Shown one piece after another: positions 11,823 to 21,457 of a stretch of DNA of 64,000 nucleotides. Under the pieces are notes generated by a model. The model was not told where the DNA came from, made no database searches, and saw nothing but the letters and a program-made list of their open reading frames with translations. The number at the start of each line of letters is the position of its first letter. The stretch's first letter is position 1. Source of the DNA: an uncultured delta proteobacterium (GTDB lineage Bacteria > Desulfobacterota > RBG-13-43-22); assembly GCA_963802945.1 (NCBI GenBank), contig CAWDKY010000034.1, positions 1 through 64,000 on the forward strand, written 5' to 3'. A program made the position numbers and the translations under genes.

Positions 11823-13043
11823 ATGGCTTACAGAGATTTAGATTTTAATCTAACCGATGAACAAAAGGCCTTAAGAGATACCATTAGAAAGTTCGGCACG
11901 GAGGTTATGCGCCCGGCCGGGGAAAAACTGGATAAGCTGGCCGATCCCAAAGACGTTATCGCCAAAGGATCACCATTATGGGATGTAATTAAAATGTACC
12001 GAGAGCTGGGATTTCATCGCAGAGGCATCCCCAAGGCCCTGGGCGGAATGATGGAGGATATGGACCCGGTGTCCAATCTCTTGATCGGTGAAGAGATGGG
12101 CTATGCCGACGCCGGTCTGGCCATCAGTATGGGCGCCTGCGGTATGCCCTTTGCCTATGCGGCCCTGTTCCCCAATCCCAAGCTACAAGAAATAGCCCGG
12201 GCCTATGCGGAAGACACGAAGGGTGAACTCATCGGATGCTGGGCGATAACCGAACCAGACCACGGCGGGGACTGGTCGCTTGGGGGCGATAACCCGAAAT
12301 GCGGCCCGTCGGTGAAAGGCATTCTCAAAGGAGACGAGTATATTGTCAATGGTCAGAAGGCGGCCTGGGTCAGCAATGGGACTATCGCCACCCATGCTGT
12401 TTTTCATGTCGGGCTGGAGCCTGAGAAAGGGATGATGGGTCAGGGATTGGCCATTATCCCTCTTGATCTCCCTGGGATTACCAAAGGGAAACCCCTGGAC
12501 AAAATCGGTCAACGTCCCTTGAATCAGGGAGAAATCTTTTTTGAGGATGTAAAGATCCCCAAGGAATATATGGTTATAACCCCTGACATGGGGATGATGG
12601 AGGGAATGGGGGAGTACATCCTGGCTGGAGCCAATGGCGGTATGGGTGTTACCTTTGCCGGGCTGGCCAAGGCCGCCTATGATGAAGCCTTCAAATACGC
12701 CAATGAACGGATTCAGGGTGGTGTTCCGATTATCCAGCATCAGAATATCCAATTGAAAATTTTCAAGATGTTTACCCTGGTAGAAGCGGCCCGGGCCGCC
12801 ACCCGACGGATGGCTGCCTACAATGCCGTCAATATGCCGCCTTCTGCTACCCACGCTGTTGCCTGCAAATGCTTCTCAACCGAAACGGCTTTTCAGGTGG
12901 CCAGCGAGGCCGTACAGATTTTTGGTGGCAATGGTTTAAGTCGAGAATACCCCATTGAAAAGATATTCCGGGATGCGAGAGCAGCTATGATCGAGGATGG
13001 GGTCAATGAAACTCTTGCACTGTCCGTCATTCCATACCTCTAA
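11823..13043 (+). CDS. Acyl-CoA dehydrogenase
   Basis: WAITEPDHGGD, NGQKAAWVSNG, ERIQGG, AVQIFGGNG..EKIFRDAR. Confidence 0.95.
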   Translation: MAYRDLDFNLTDEQKALRDTIRKFGTEVMRPAGEKLDKLADPKDVIAKGSPLWDVIKMYRELGFHRRGIPKALGGMMEDMDPVSNLLIGEEMGYADAGLAISMGACGMPFAYAALFPNPKLQEIARAYAEDTKGELIGCWAITEPDHGGDWSLGGDNPKCGPSVKGILKGDEYIVNGQKAAWVSNGTIATHAVFHVGLEPEKGMMGQGLAIIPLDLPGITKGKPLDKIGQRPLNQGEIFFEDVKIPKEYMVITPDMGMMEGMGEYILAGANGGMGVTFAGLAKAAYDEAFKYANERIQGGVPIIQHQNIQLKIFKMFTLVEAARAATRRMAAYNAVNMPPSATHAVACKCFSTETAFQVASEAVQIFGGNGLSREYPIEKIFRDARAAMIEDGVNETLALSVIPYL

Positions 13044-13068
13044 TCTTCACAAAGCAAGGAGAAATGCT

Positions 13069-15060
13069 ATGAACACGATGCTGCTATTTACGCCGATAGA
13101 AATCAATGGGATGAAACTGAAGAACAGGCTGGGCTTGCCGCCGCTTCTGAATATGCCTGCCAATAAAGACTGTACCATCAATGATGAAACCATCCGCTGG
13201 TTTGAAGACAGGGCAAAAGGCGGAGTCGGACTGGTGATGTCCGGGGCGGTTGTGGCCGGACCCGACCCGGATTTCGCCATGTTGGAAATGCTTCAGATGA
13301 CCCGGGTCGGTTTATATGACGACAAGTTCATCGATGGTTTTGCCCGTATAGCCGATGCCGTCCACGCCCACGGCGCAAAATTCGGAGTTCAACTGGAATC
13401 ACAAACAGGCGGTCCCATGAGCGGTAAAGGCCCGTCTCTTCCTCCCTATCCCGACGCGGAAAACGCGACCGATGATTTTCTAAAGATTTTTCTAAATTTT
13501 GAGTTTCCGGTGACCGAGGTGACCATCGACGAGATCGAGGCGGCTAAACAGTTTTTTGTGGATGCGTCCCTAAGAGCCAAAAAAGCCGGTGCGGACTGCG
13601 TTGAACTTCACTGTGCCCATGGGGGCGCCACATTTAATTGCTCTTTCATCTCGCCCTACTATAACCGGCGAACCGACCGGTACGGCGGCAGTTGGGAGAA
13701 CCGGCTGCGTCTATCCACGGAGATTATCCAGGGGATGCGAAAAGCAGTGGGAGACGATTTTCCCATCCTGGCCAGAATCGACAGTGATCAGCTTGTCGGG
13801 GAAAAAGGCATTACCCTGCAGGATACCATCAAGTATGTGGTTCCCGCTCTGGAGAAAGCCGGTGTGGATTGCTTTGATGTGACCCAGGGAGATATTCTAC
13901 GGTCCATGCAGGGCATTCTCATTCCCATGTATTATCCCAGAGCCTGTTTCATGGATATGACCGCCCAAGTGAAAAAAGCCACCAAGCTTCCGGTGATCGG
14001 GGTGGGCAGAATCGTGGAAATCGAAATGGCTAACCGCTTACTGGAAGAGGGAAAGGCCGATATCATCTATATGGGCAGGCAACTGACAGCCGATCCGGAT
14101 ACGCCGAAAAAATACCTGGAGGGAAAGGCCGACGAGATCCGGATGTGCATGGCCTGCAACATGGCTTGCGGTCCCTGTCCCGTCAATTACGAAATCCACC
14201 GGGAGAATTACATTCCTTTAACGGCGGCTCAGAAAGCTAAAAAAGTTCTCATCATCGGCGGGGGGGTCGGGGGAATGGAAGCCGCCAGAATCGCCTCGCT
14301 CAGGGGACACCAGGTCACTCTGATGGAAAAGTCGAATGCACTTGGAGGTATGGTGGCCTCTTTGGCGAAGACGCCGATGACGACCGAATTTGGAAATCTG
14401 GTGAAATATCTTTCCACTCAGATGAAAAAGCGCAATGTCGATGTCAGAACCAGCCAAGAGGCCGGACTGGCCGAAGTGGAAGCACTTAAACCCGACGTCG
14501 TTATCCTCTCCGCCGGATCGACCATGCAGATACCTGAAGAAGCACAGGGAAAACCAGGCGTGATGGATCATATCGAAGCGTTAAACCGCATGGATGAAAT
14601 CGGACAGAAAGTGGTGATATGGGGATTGGTTGCGGCCGATCTGGCCGTCTCTCTGGCCAAAGCTGGCAAGGATGTGGTTCTGATGGGGCGGGGCGGCATA
14701 GAGACGCTGGCCAAATACTATCCGCAAAGTAGAAGGTTTTACATTTTTAGACAGCTGACTGACATCAATGTACCCAGAGTGACGCCCGAAGGACAAAGGT
14801 TAAGCAATCCGGAAGTGCTCTATTATATCACGGTGGAAGGTATCGCCAATGATCAAATCCAAACCGTGAACAAGAATGGTGTCAAGCGAACGATTCCCTA
14901 TGACACCTTGATTGTTTCCAGGGAAAGAAAGCCCAACGATGAGCTGTACGAAAAGCTGCAGGGAAAGGTGGCGGAGGTCTATAAAATCGGCGATTGCTCC
15001 ACAATATTCGAGATACAGGAAGCCATCCTAAGTGCCAATGAAATCGTTAGAAAAATTTAA
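13069..15060 (+). CDS. NADH:flavin oxidoreductase (OYE barrel plus FAD domain; FadH/BaiCD-like)
   Basis: LKNRL, NRRTDRYGGSWENR, Cys cluster CMACNMACGPC, GGGVGGMEAA; RBS before ATG 13069. Confidence 0.9.
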   Translation: MNTMLLFTPIEINGMKLKNRLGLPPLLNMPANKDCTINDETIRWFEDRAKGGVGLVMSGAVVAGPDPDFAMLEMLQMTRVGLYDDKFIDGFARIADAVHAHGAKFGVQLESQTGGPMSGKGPSLPPYPDAENATDDFLKIFLNFEFPVTEVTIDEIEAAKQFFVDASLRAKKAGADCVELHCAHGGATFNCSFISPYYNRRTDRYGGSWENRLRLSTEIIQGMRKAVGDDFPILARIDSDQLVGEKGITLQDTIKYVVPALEKAGVDCFDVTQGDILRSMQGILIPMYYPRACFMDMTAQVKKATKLPVIGVGRIVEIEMANRLLEEGKADIIYMGRQLTADPDTPKKYLEGKADEIRMCMACNMACGPCPVNYEIHRENYIPLTAAQKAKKVLIIGGGVGGMEAARIASLRGHQVTLMEKSNALGGMVASLAKTPMTTEFGNLVKYLSTQMKKRNVDVRTSQEAGLAEVEALKPDVVILSAGSTMQIPEEAQGKPGVMDHIEALNRMDEIGQKVVIWGLVAADLAVSLAKAGKDVVLMGRGGIETLAKYYPQSRRFYIFRQLTDINVPRVTPEGQRLSNPEVLYYITVEGIANDQIQTVNKNGVKRTIPYDTLIVSRERKPNDELYEKLQGKVAEVYKIGDCSTIFEIQEAILSANEIVRKI

Positions 15061-15083
15061 GTGATCTGAAGAAAGGAGGCGCC

Positions 15084-15929
15084 ATGACTGGAGAGCCGAT
15101 GTATCATCAGGTTGAATGCGACGGCACGATTATCACCTGGAAATTCCACAATCCGCCTCAGAACCTCGTGACGGTGGAGACGATGACCGAATTGGGGGAG
15201 CTGGTCGAAGCCTTCGATCAAGAACCCAAACTGCGCGTGGGGATTGTGACCAGCGCAACACCCGGGCTGTTCATTCAGCATTTCGATGTTTCCATTCTCC
15301 TGGAATGGGGCCAGGGTCTAAGCCTTTTATCCAAGGAGGAGGTGGCCCAGCAGCTCGCTTTGCTTCCTCCCCCTCAAGGACTTTCCGATCACACCTCCAA
15401 ACCCATCATCTGCGCCATCAACGGACCGGTGGAGGGTGGCGGATGTGAGATGGCCCTGGGCTGCGATTTTCGTTTTATTTCTCGAGATTGCTATATGGCC
15501 CAGCCGGAGGTTTATCTGGGGTTCCCGCCGGGCGGTGGTGGAACCCAACGCCTGGCTCGATTGTTGGGTGTGGGCAAAGCAATGGAACTATGTCTAACCG
15601 GCCGCAGGGTTTATGGCGATGAAGCGGAAAGGCTTGGGCTGGTTACCAAAGCTTGCAATCCGGATGAACTCATGCCGATCGTCATGGCCTTCGCCGGTGA
15701 ATTGGCGGCCAAACCTCCCACAGGTGTGTCCATCATTAAAAAGGCCATTTATCAAGGTTGGGATAAAACCCTTCAAGACGGTTTGATGTTGGAAAGAGAA
15801 CTCTTTTTTAATTGCCTGAGGACCCCCGAAACTCTTGAACTTATGAAGCTTTATGTGGAGACGGGGCAGGATAGAGAAAAAGCGCTCGAATTACTCCAAG
15901 AAATGCTGAAAGCAGAGAATAAAGAATAG
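15084..15929 (+). CDS. Enoyl-CoA hydratase/isomerase
   Basis: KPIICAING, GGGCEMALGCD, QPEVYLGFPPGGGGTQRL (both catalytic Glu present). Confidence 0.93.
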   Translation: MTGEPMYHQVECDGTIITWKFHNPPQNLVTVETMTELGELVEAFDQEPKLRVGIVTSATPGLFIQHFDVSILLEWGQGLSLLSKEEVAQQLALLPPPQGLSDHTSKPIICAINGPVEGGGCEMALGCDFRFISRDCYMAQPEVYLGFPPGGGGTQRLARLLGVGKAMELCLTGRRVYGDEAERLGLVTKACNPDELMPIVMAFAGELAAKPPTGVSIIKKAIYQGWDKTLQDGLMLERELFFNCLRTPETLELMKLYVETGQDREKALELLQEMLKAENKE

Positions 15930-16010
15930 GTTTAAAGTTTCAGGTCCAAAATTTAACCTTACACCTTGGACCTTGTGCCTTATACCTTCTATCTATAGGA
16001 GAAAGAATCA

Positions 16011-17606
16011 ATGACTGAACAACAAACGTTACTTTTTATCCCCGATCTTATTGAGCATCAAGCCAAAGTATTGGCTACTAAATCATACATCCTCTGGGGG
16101 GATGAAAAAATAAGCTTCGAGGAATTCGACCGGGCAACTTGCCGGGCGGCCAATGGACTGGCAGCCTTTGGGGCAGAAGAAGGTGATGGTCTGGCCATCC
16201 TAATGGGAAATTGCCCTGAATTCCTTTACCTCTTCTACGGCCTGCCACGGGCCGGGTTTTATACAGTTCCGGTTAATGCGTCTTTAATGGGCGAAGGGTT
16301 AAAATTTATCCTTACTCATTCTGACGTAAAATATCTGGCGGTAGACGATACGCTTTATCCCAAAGTGGCTGAACTAGGAAGTCCCTTGGGATCAATTGAA
16401 AAAATCTTTGTACACCGGACCACTGATGAAGCCCTTCCTGAAGGAACGATAGATTTGAAGGATTTGTTAGCGGCCTCTTCAGACAAGCCTCAATATAAAA
16501 TCAAGGATGGGGCCGTGGCCTATCTGATGTATACCTCGGGAACGACTGGTTTTCCTAAGGGAGTGGTCAACAGAAACCGAGCAGGCGCGGCTGAATGGTT
16601 CAGGTATGTCGCCTCTCTGATGATCAATCCTGACGAGGACATCCTTTATACCTGCCTGCCCTTGTTTCATGCCAATGCCCTAGTCCTGACTGCAGGATGG
16701 GCCTTGGCCGGAGGTGTGTCCTTCGGTTTGGATAAAAAATTTTCGGCCTCTCAGTTTTGGGATCGAATCCGTCACTATGGCGCCACCCAGTTCAATGGGC
16801 TGGGGGCCATGATCCCCATACTTATGAAACAACCGGAGAAACCCAATGATGCGGACAACCCGGTGCGTATTGTCCACTCGGCCGCCTGCCCGGCCAACCT
16901 TTGGGAGGCCTTTGAAAAGCGTTTCAATGTTAAGCTTTGGGAAGGATATGGGGCCATTGACGGTGGCGGGGTTACCATCTCGAATGCAGGGGACGCCCCG
17001 GTTGGGTCGGTCGGCAAACCGGTTCCTCCTCTTGTCTGGAAACTTGTAGACGACGATGGCAATGAGGTTCCTCAGGGAGAACCCGGAGAACTCATTACCC
17101 AAGTATTGGATAAAAAGACTGGTGGAGTTGAATATTACAAAAATCCGAAGGCCTCATCTGAAAAGGTCATAGGGGATTGGCTCCACAGCGGCGACCTTTT
17201 TTACGCTGACAAGGACGGCTTTCTATTTTTTGTAGATCGCAAAACGGATTCCATGCGCCGGCGGGGAGAAAATATCTCCTCCTGGGAGGTTGAAAATGTA
17301 GTCGAAAAATTTCCCGCCGTGGCTGAGTGCGCGGCCTTTGGGGTCCCTTCGGAACTGGGTGAGGATGAGGTGATGATTTGGGTCAAGCCTAAAGAGGGCC
17401 TAACCCCGGATATTAAGGAACTCATCCGCTTTTGTGCCGAAAACATGGCCCATTTTATGGTCCCCAGGTTTGTGGATGTGGTGGATGAGATCCCCAGAAC
17501 CAGTACCCTCAGGGTCACCAAGGGTGAAATGAAAAAACGGGGGGTCACCGAACGTACCTGGGACCGGGAAAAGGAAGCGCCGGATCTGGTAAAAAAGAAA
17601 AAATGA
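16011..17606 (+). CDS. Acyl-CoA synthetase (CaiC-like AMP-binding family)
   Basis: YTSGTTGFPKG, LPLFHANA, EGYG, HSGD, RRRGENISSWEVE. Confidence 0.93.
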   Translation: MTEQQTLLFIPDLIEHQAKVLATKSYILWGDEKISFEEFDRATCRAANGLAAFGAEEGDGLAILMGNCPEFLYLFYGLPRAGFYTVPVNASLMGEGLKFILTHSDVKYLAVDDTLYPKVAELGSPLGSIEKIFVHRTTDEALPEGTIDLKDLLAASSDKPQYKIKDGAVAYLMYTSGTTGFPKGVVNRNRAGAAEWFRYVASLMINPDEDILYTCLPLFHANALVLTAGWALAGGVSFGLDKKFSASQFWDRIRHYGATQFNGLGAMIPILMKQPEKPNDADNPVRIVHSAACPANLWEAFEKRFNVKLWEGYGAIDGGGVTISNAGDAPVGSVGKPVPPLVWKLVDDDGNEVPQGEPGELITQVLDKKTGGVEYYKNPKASSEKVIGDWLHSGDLFYADKDGFLFFVDRKTDSMRRRGENISSWEVENVVEKFPAVAECAAFGVPSELGEDEVMIWVKPKEGLTPDIKELIRFCAENMAHFMVPRFVDVVDEIPRTSTLRVTKGEMKKRGVTERTWDREKEAPDLVKKKK

Positions 17607-17687
17607 TCTAAAGGGGTCTAGGATTCAAGTGAAAACTTTAAGGTTAGTTCGCTTAATCTAAAACCTATATAAAGAAAAAACCATTTC

Positions 17688-17921
17688 AAACGGGTTGCTC
17701 AAAAAGGGGTAGCTACAAGGCGTCCCGAAACCGGGAACCGCCCCGAAGGGGTGGGACTGAGCGTTGTCTTTTACGCGAAGAAGTCCCGAGGAATGAGGCG
17801 TACATAGAAGTACGCCGCAATAACGAGGGATGAGGGTAACACAGTAGATGGATCGGCTTCCGAATGGAAGCCTCTAAAGAGCTCGGCGAAGCCGAGCGGA
17901 ACCTTTTTCAGCAACCTGTTA
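17688..17921. mobile_element. MITE with ~20-bp terminal inverted repeats and internal hairpins
   Basis: AAACGGGTTGCTCAAAAAGG versus CCTTTTTCAGCAACCTGTTA; internal hairpins CCCCGAAGGGG, GGCGTAC..GTACGCC, GGCTTCC..GGAAGCC, GCTCGGCGAAGCCGAGC. Confidence 0.75.
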
Positions 17922-17930
17922 GGAGGAATT

Positions 17931-19214
17931 ATGAGTGATAAGGTTTATATCATCGGAGTCGGCATGATTAAATTCGGCAAACACCTGGACCTGGGGATTA
18001 AGCAAATGACGGGGCAGGCTCTGGATTTGGTTCTGAAGGATGCCGGGTTGGAGAAGAAGGAACTGGAGGCGGCCTGGTTTTCCAATACCGGTTGGGGAAT
18101 AAGTGATTACCAGCACGGAATAAGGGGCCAGGTGGCCCTAACGGCCAATGGTTTGGATCAAATCGCTATGACTAATGTTGAAAATGCCTGCGCCAGTGGG
18201 AGCACGGCCTTTCATAACGGCTGGGCCGCCATCAAGGCCGGTATCTACGATTGTGTCTTGGCGATCGGGGCTGAAAAAATGTATTACGTGGCGGACCCGA
18301 AGGGCGGCGGAGGTGGCCGGTCCTTCGAAGGGTTTATCTCCGGAACGGATGTGGAGGAAACCCGGGCCATGATGGCCAAGCAAAAAGAGGAAGCCAGGTT
18401 GAAAAAGGAACAACTGGAAAAAGAGGCCCGGGAAAGAGGCGAGGAAATAAAAAAAGAGGAAGGAAAGGGTGGCCATTCCATTTTCATGGATTTTTATGGA
18501 GCCGGTGCCCGGATGCACATGAAAGCCTATGGAACCACTCAGCGGCAACTGGCGGTTATCGCCGCCAAGGCGCACAACAACTCAGTTCTCAATCCTTTGG
18601 CCCAGTACACCTTTCCGCAAACCGTGGAACAGGTCATGCAGGACCGGATCGTTTCGTATCCCCTGACCAGGGCTATGTGCGCTCCCATCGGAGACGGCGC
18701 GGCCGCGGCCATTCTTTGCAGTGAAAACTTTTTAAAAAAACATTCCACCAGCCGGGTGGTTCTTGTCCGGGCTTCCATTCTAAGGTCAGGGGTCCGAATA
18801 GGAAAACCCAATGATGTCACTGCCCGTGCTTCCAAGGCCGCCTATGAACAGGCCGGATTAGGTCCAAAGGATATTCATGTGGTCGAAGTTCATGATGCCA
18901 CTGCTTTTGGTGAGCTGGTTCAATCCGAGGACATGGGTTTTTGTCCCAAGGGCGAAGGGGGACCTTTTGTCGAGAGTGGGGCCACGGCCCTGAATGGCAA
19001 AATACCGATCAATCCCAGCGGCGGACTCATCTCGCGCGGCCATCCCATCGGGGCCTCCGGCCTGGCGCAAATGTATGAACTGGTGACTCATCTTCGTGGG
19101 GAAGCGGGAAAGCGTCAGGTGAAGAATCCGCGCATCGCCATGACCGAAAACGGCGGAGGAACCATTGGCAACGGCGAGGCGGCCATGACCATCCATATTC
19201 TGGAGAAGATCTGA
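17931..19214 (+). CDS. SCP2-type thiolase family protein
   Basis: ENACASGS, EVHDA, NPSGGL, GHPIGASG. Confidence 0.92.
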   Translation: MSDKVYIIGVGMIKFGKHLDLGIKQMTGQALDLVLKDAGLEKKELEAAWFSNTGWGISDYQHGIRGQVALTANGLDQIAMTNVENACASGSTAFHNGWAAIKAGIYDCVLAIGAEKMYYVADPKGGGGGRSFEGFISGTDVEETRAMMAKQKEEARLKKEQLEKEARERGEEIKKEEGKGGHSIFMDFYGAGARMHMKAYGTTQRQLAVIAAKAHNNSVLNPLAQYTFPQTVEQVMQDRIVSYPLTRAMCAPIGDGAAAAILCSENFLKKHSTSRVVLVRASILRSGVRIGKPNDVTARASKAAYEQAGLGPKDIHVVEVHDATAFGELVQSEDMGFCPKGEGGPFVESGATALNGKIPINPSGGLISRGHPIGASGLAQMYELVTHLRGEAGKRQVKNPRIAMTENGGGTIGNGEAAMTIHILEKI

Positions 19215-19385
19215 ATATCCAGTCGGTCTGGTCTGTTTGGTTAGCTATTTGCTTTCAGTCGCTTCTATTCTATAGTTTGGAAGTTTGTCTCTAACTTTTT
19301 CGATTAGAGTATTGGAGTACTGGAGTAATGGATTGAAAAAACCAGGACTCCACTATTCCAGTCCCCCAATTTTTGGAGTTTTTCT

Positions 19386-20186
19386 ATGTTTACCTTTAAA
19401 CCAGAATCCTTTTATGTAATGCCTTTCCATTTCGGTCCCAGGGCCCAGAAGGGTTCAGCCCTTTATGGTGATGTGACCACTATAGCCTTATCCTACCTGA
19501 CCGATCGCCAGAAACTCTCCAAGTACCTGCCCGAACCCTTTGAGGTGGGTCCCGAGCCCCTGGTTTCGGTGTCCTATGCCATGAACCGGGAAGTCGCCTG
19601 GCTGGCCGGAGGGGGCTACAATCTCATCGGGGTGAATGTTTCGGCCGTCTTTAATGGTAAAGTTGATCACCTTGCCGGAAGTTATTGCCTGGTTATGTGG
19701 GAAAATTTGACCGATCCTATTCTTACTGGTAGGGAAATTGAGGGTATTCCAAAAATCTACGCCGACATCCCTGATCATACGGTCTACGACGGCATTTGGA
19801 GCGCCTGTGCCAACTATCGGGGACATAAGATTGTAGATCTAAGGGTTAAAGATTTGACTCTCCTGCCAACCGATCAGGTAAAAGAAATGGAAAGGATGTC
19901 CAGAGAAGCAAACTGGATGGGCTGGAAATATATACCCAAAGCAGGGGGACCGGGCGCGGAAGTGAGCCACGCTACACTTTTTCCCACGAACCCCACCTTT
20001 GATCATATTTGGATCGGTACGGGAGAAGTGAAATGGAATCGGCTGACCTGGGAACAGAACCCCACCCAGTTTCATATTGTTAATGCCCTGGAAGAGCTTC
20101 CCATCCTTGAATATCGTTCAGCTTTGGTGCTGAAAGGCAGCTCCTCCCTCAGGGTGGGAGCAAAACCGGTAAGACCGCTACGCTGA
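19386..20186 (+). CDS. Acetoacetate decarboxylase family protein 1
   Basis: MPFHFGP, LVMWEN, Schiff-base Lys motif GREIEGIPK. Confidence 0.88.
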   Translation: MFTFKPESFYVMPFHFGPRAQKGSALYGDVTTIALSYLTDRQKLSKYLPEPFEVGPEPLVSVSYAMNREVAWLAGGGYNLIGVNVSAVFNGKVDHLAGSYCLVMWENLTDPILTGREIEGIPKIYADIPDHTVYDGIWSACANYRGHKIVDLRVKDLTLLPTDQVKEMERMSREANWMGWKYIPKAGGPGAEVSHATLFPTNPTFDHIWIGTGEVKWNRLTWEQNPTQFHIVNALEELPILEYRSALVLKGSSSLRVGAKPVRPLR

Positions 20187-20281
20187 AAACAATGGAACGG
20201 CTCCCCTGAACACATGCAGCCGATTCAGCAACCTTATTACAGAACAGATACAGGCCTGCCAAGCTAAGGGAGACAATATCA

Positions 20282-21193
20282 ATGGCCTTGATACGTAAAG
20301 AAGGCAGAATCAACGACAACACTTATCTGATTGACGCAGTTCACCAGGGAAACAAAGGCGGTTATGCTGTTTACCTGCTTAAAAGCGGAGATGGGGGAAC
20401 CTGTTTGATTGATGCTGGCACTAAAAGTTCCGCCCAGGTCATCGTCGAAAAATTGAAAAAACTGGATGCTTGGCCGGTGGATAAGATTATCTTTACCCAT
20501 TCGCACTGGGATCATACCCAGGGGATAAGATTTCTTCGTCGCCAAGCCGCCGAAGACGATAAAATCCCGGAGGTATTCGCTTCGGAAAAAGCTAGGCCTT
20601 ATCTTGCTGATCAGTCTTATAATATTTGTTTCGGAACCGATCAAACACCTTATGAAAATATACAGGACGTTCTCGATTTGAAAAACGGCGATAAGCTTGA
20701 TGTAGGCAAGAACTTGACGATTAAAATCATCGATACCCCCGGGCACATGGTGGACCACCTGTCCGTCTGGGACGAAAACAGCGGGAACATCTTTGTGGGT
20801 GATGCCATTGGGATGAAATGGGGAGATTATCTCGTTGTGCCCAACCCCAATTCCTCCTTCTGGAATGAGAAAGCATTTCTTAAATCCATAGATATCCTGA
20901 AATCCCTTAAGTCGAAGACCGTTTGTTTGGCCCATTTCGGCTGTCTCAACGGTGAAGATGCCCAAAATATTTTGGATGATTCCGTCTCAATCTATAACAA
21001 GTGGATGGAAATTTTTTATAAAAATTATTCGAGATTAGATGATATTTCTTATCTGATCGAACTATTATGGTCGAAAATTTATAATCATATCCCCGATGGG
21101 TTTCGGCCTTTTATTGAACAGCCTCTAATTGAAGCATTGGAGCTGGCAGCCAGAACATATGCCAAACAGCACTCTGAGGGTCAAAAGGTTTAG
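20282..21193 (+). CDS. Metallo-beta-lactamase fold hydrolase
   Basis: LIDAG, THSHWDH, TPGH, GDA, AHFG. Confidence 0.9.
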   Translation: MALIRKEGRINDNTYLIDAVHQGNKGGYAVYLLKSGDGGTCLIDAGTKSSAQVIVEKLKKLDAWPVDKIIFTHSHWDHTQGIRFLRRQAAEDDKIPEVFASEKARPYLADQSYNICFGTDQTPYENIQDVLDLKNGDKLDVGKNLTIKIIDTPGHMVDHLSVWDENSGNIFVGDAIGMKWGDYLVVPNPNSSFWNEKAFLKSIDILKSLKSKTVCLAHFGCLNGEDAQNILDDSVSIYNKWMEIFYKNYSRLDDISYLIELLWSKIYNHIPDGFRPFIEQPLIEALELAARTYAKQHSEGQKV

Positions 21194-21198
21194 TCCGA

Positions 21199-21369
21199 AT
21201 CGCCTACACAGTGCATGTCGAGCGTTTTGACCGGGAAATGGAAAAGATGAAATCCAGAGGAATATCCATATTATTTTCCGGGCGGCAATCCAATGGTGGG
21301 GGTTTTGGCTATTTTGATACCCGCCAGGTGGGTGGGATTATCACCGAATTAATGCGGGTTCCGAGTTAG
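21199..21369 (+). pseudogene. 5'-truncated VOC (glyoxalase/methylmalonyl-CoA epimerase-like) gene remnant
   Basis: Manual translation IAYTV..FDREMEKMKSRG..GFGYFDTRQVGGIITEL*; no start codon, abuts the MBL stop. Confidence 0.65.
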
Positions 21370-21457
21370 AAATAAAAGTCACAGGTCGTAGGAAACGAGA
21401 GAAACTTTGAGTTTTCAGCTTTACGTGTTGTGCCATTTTCGTAAATACTAAAGGAGA

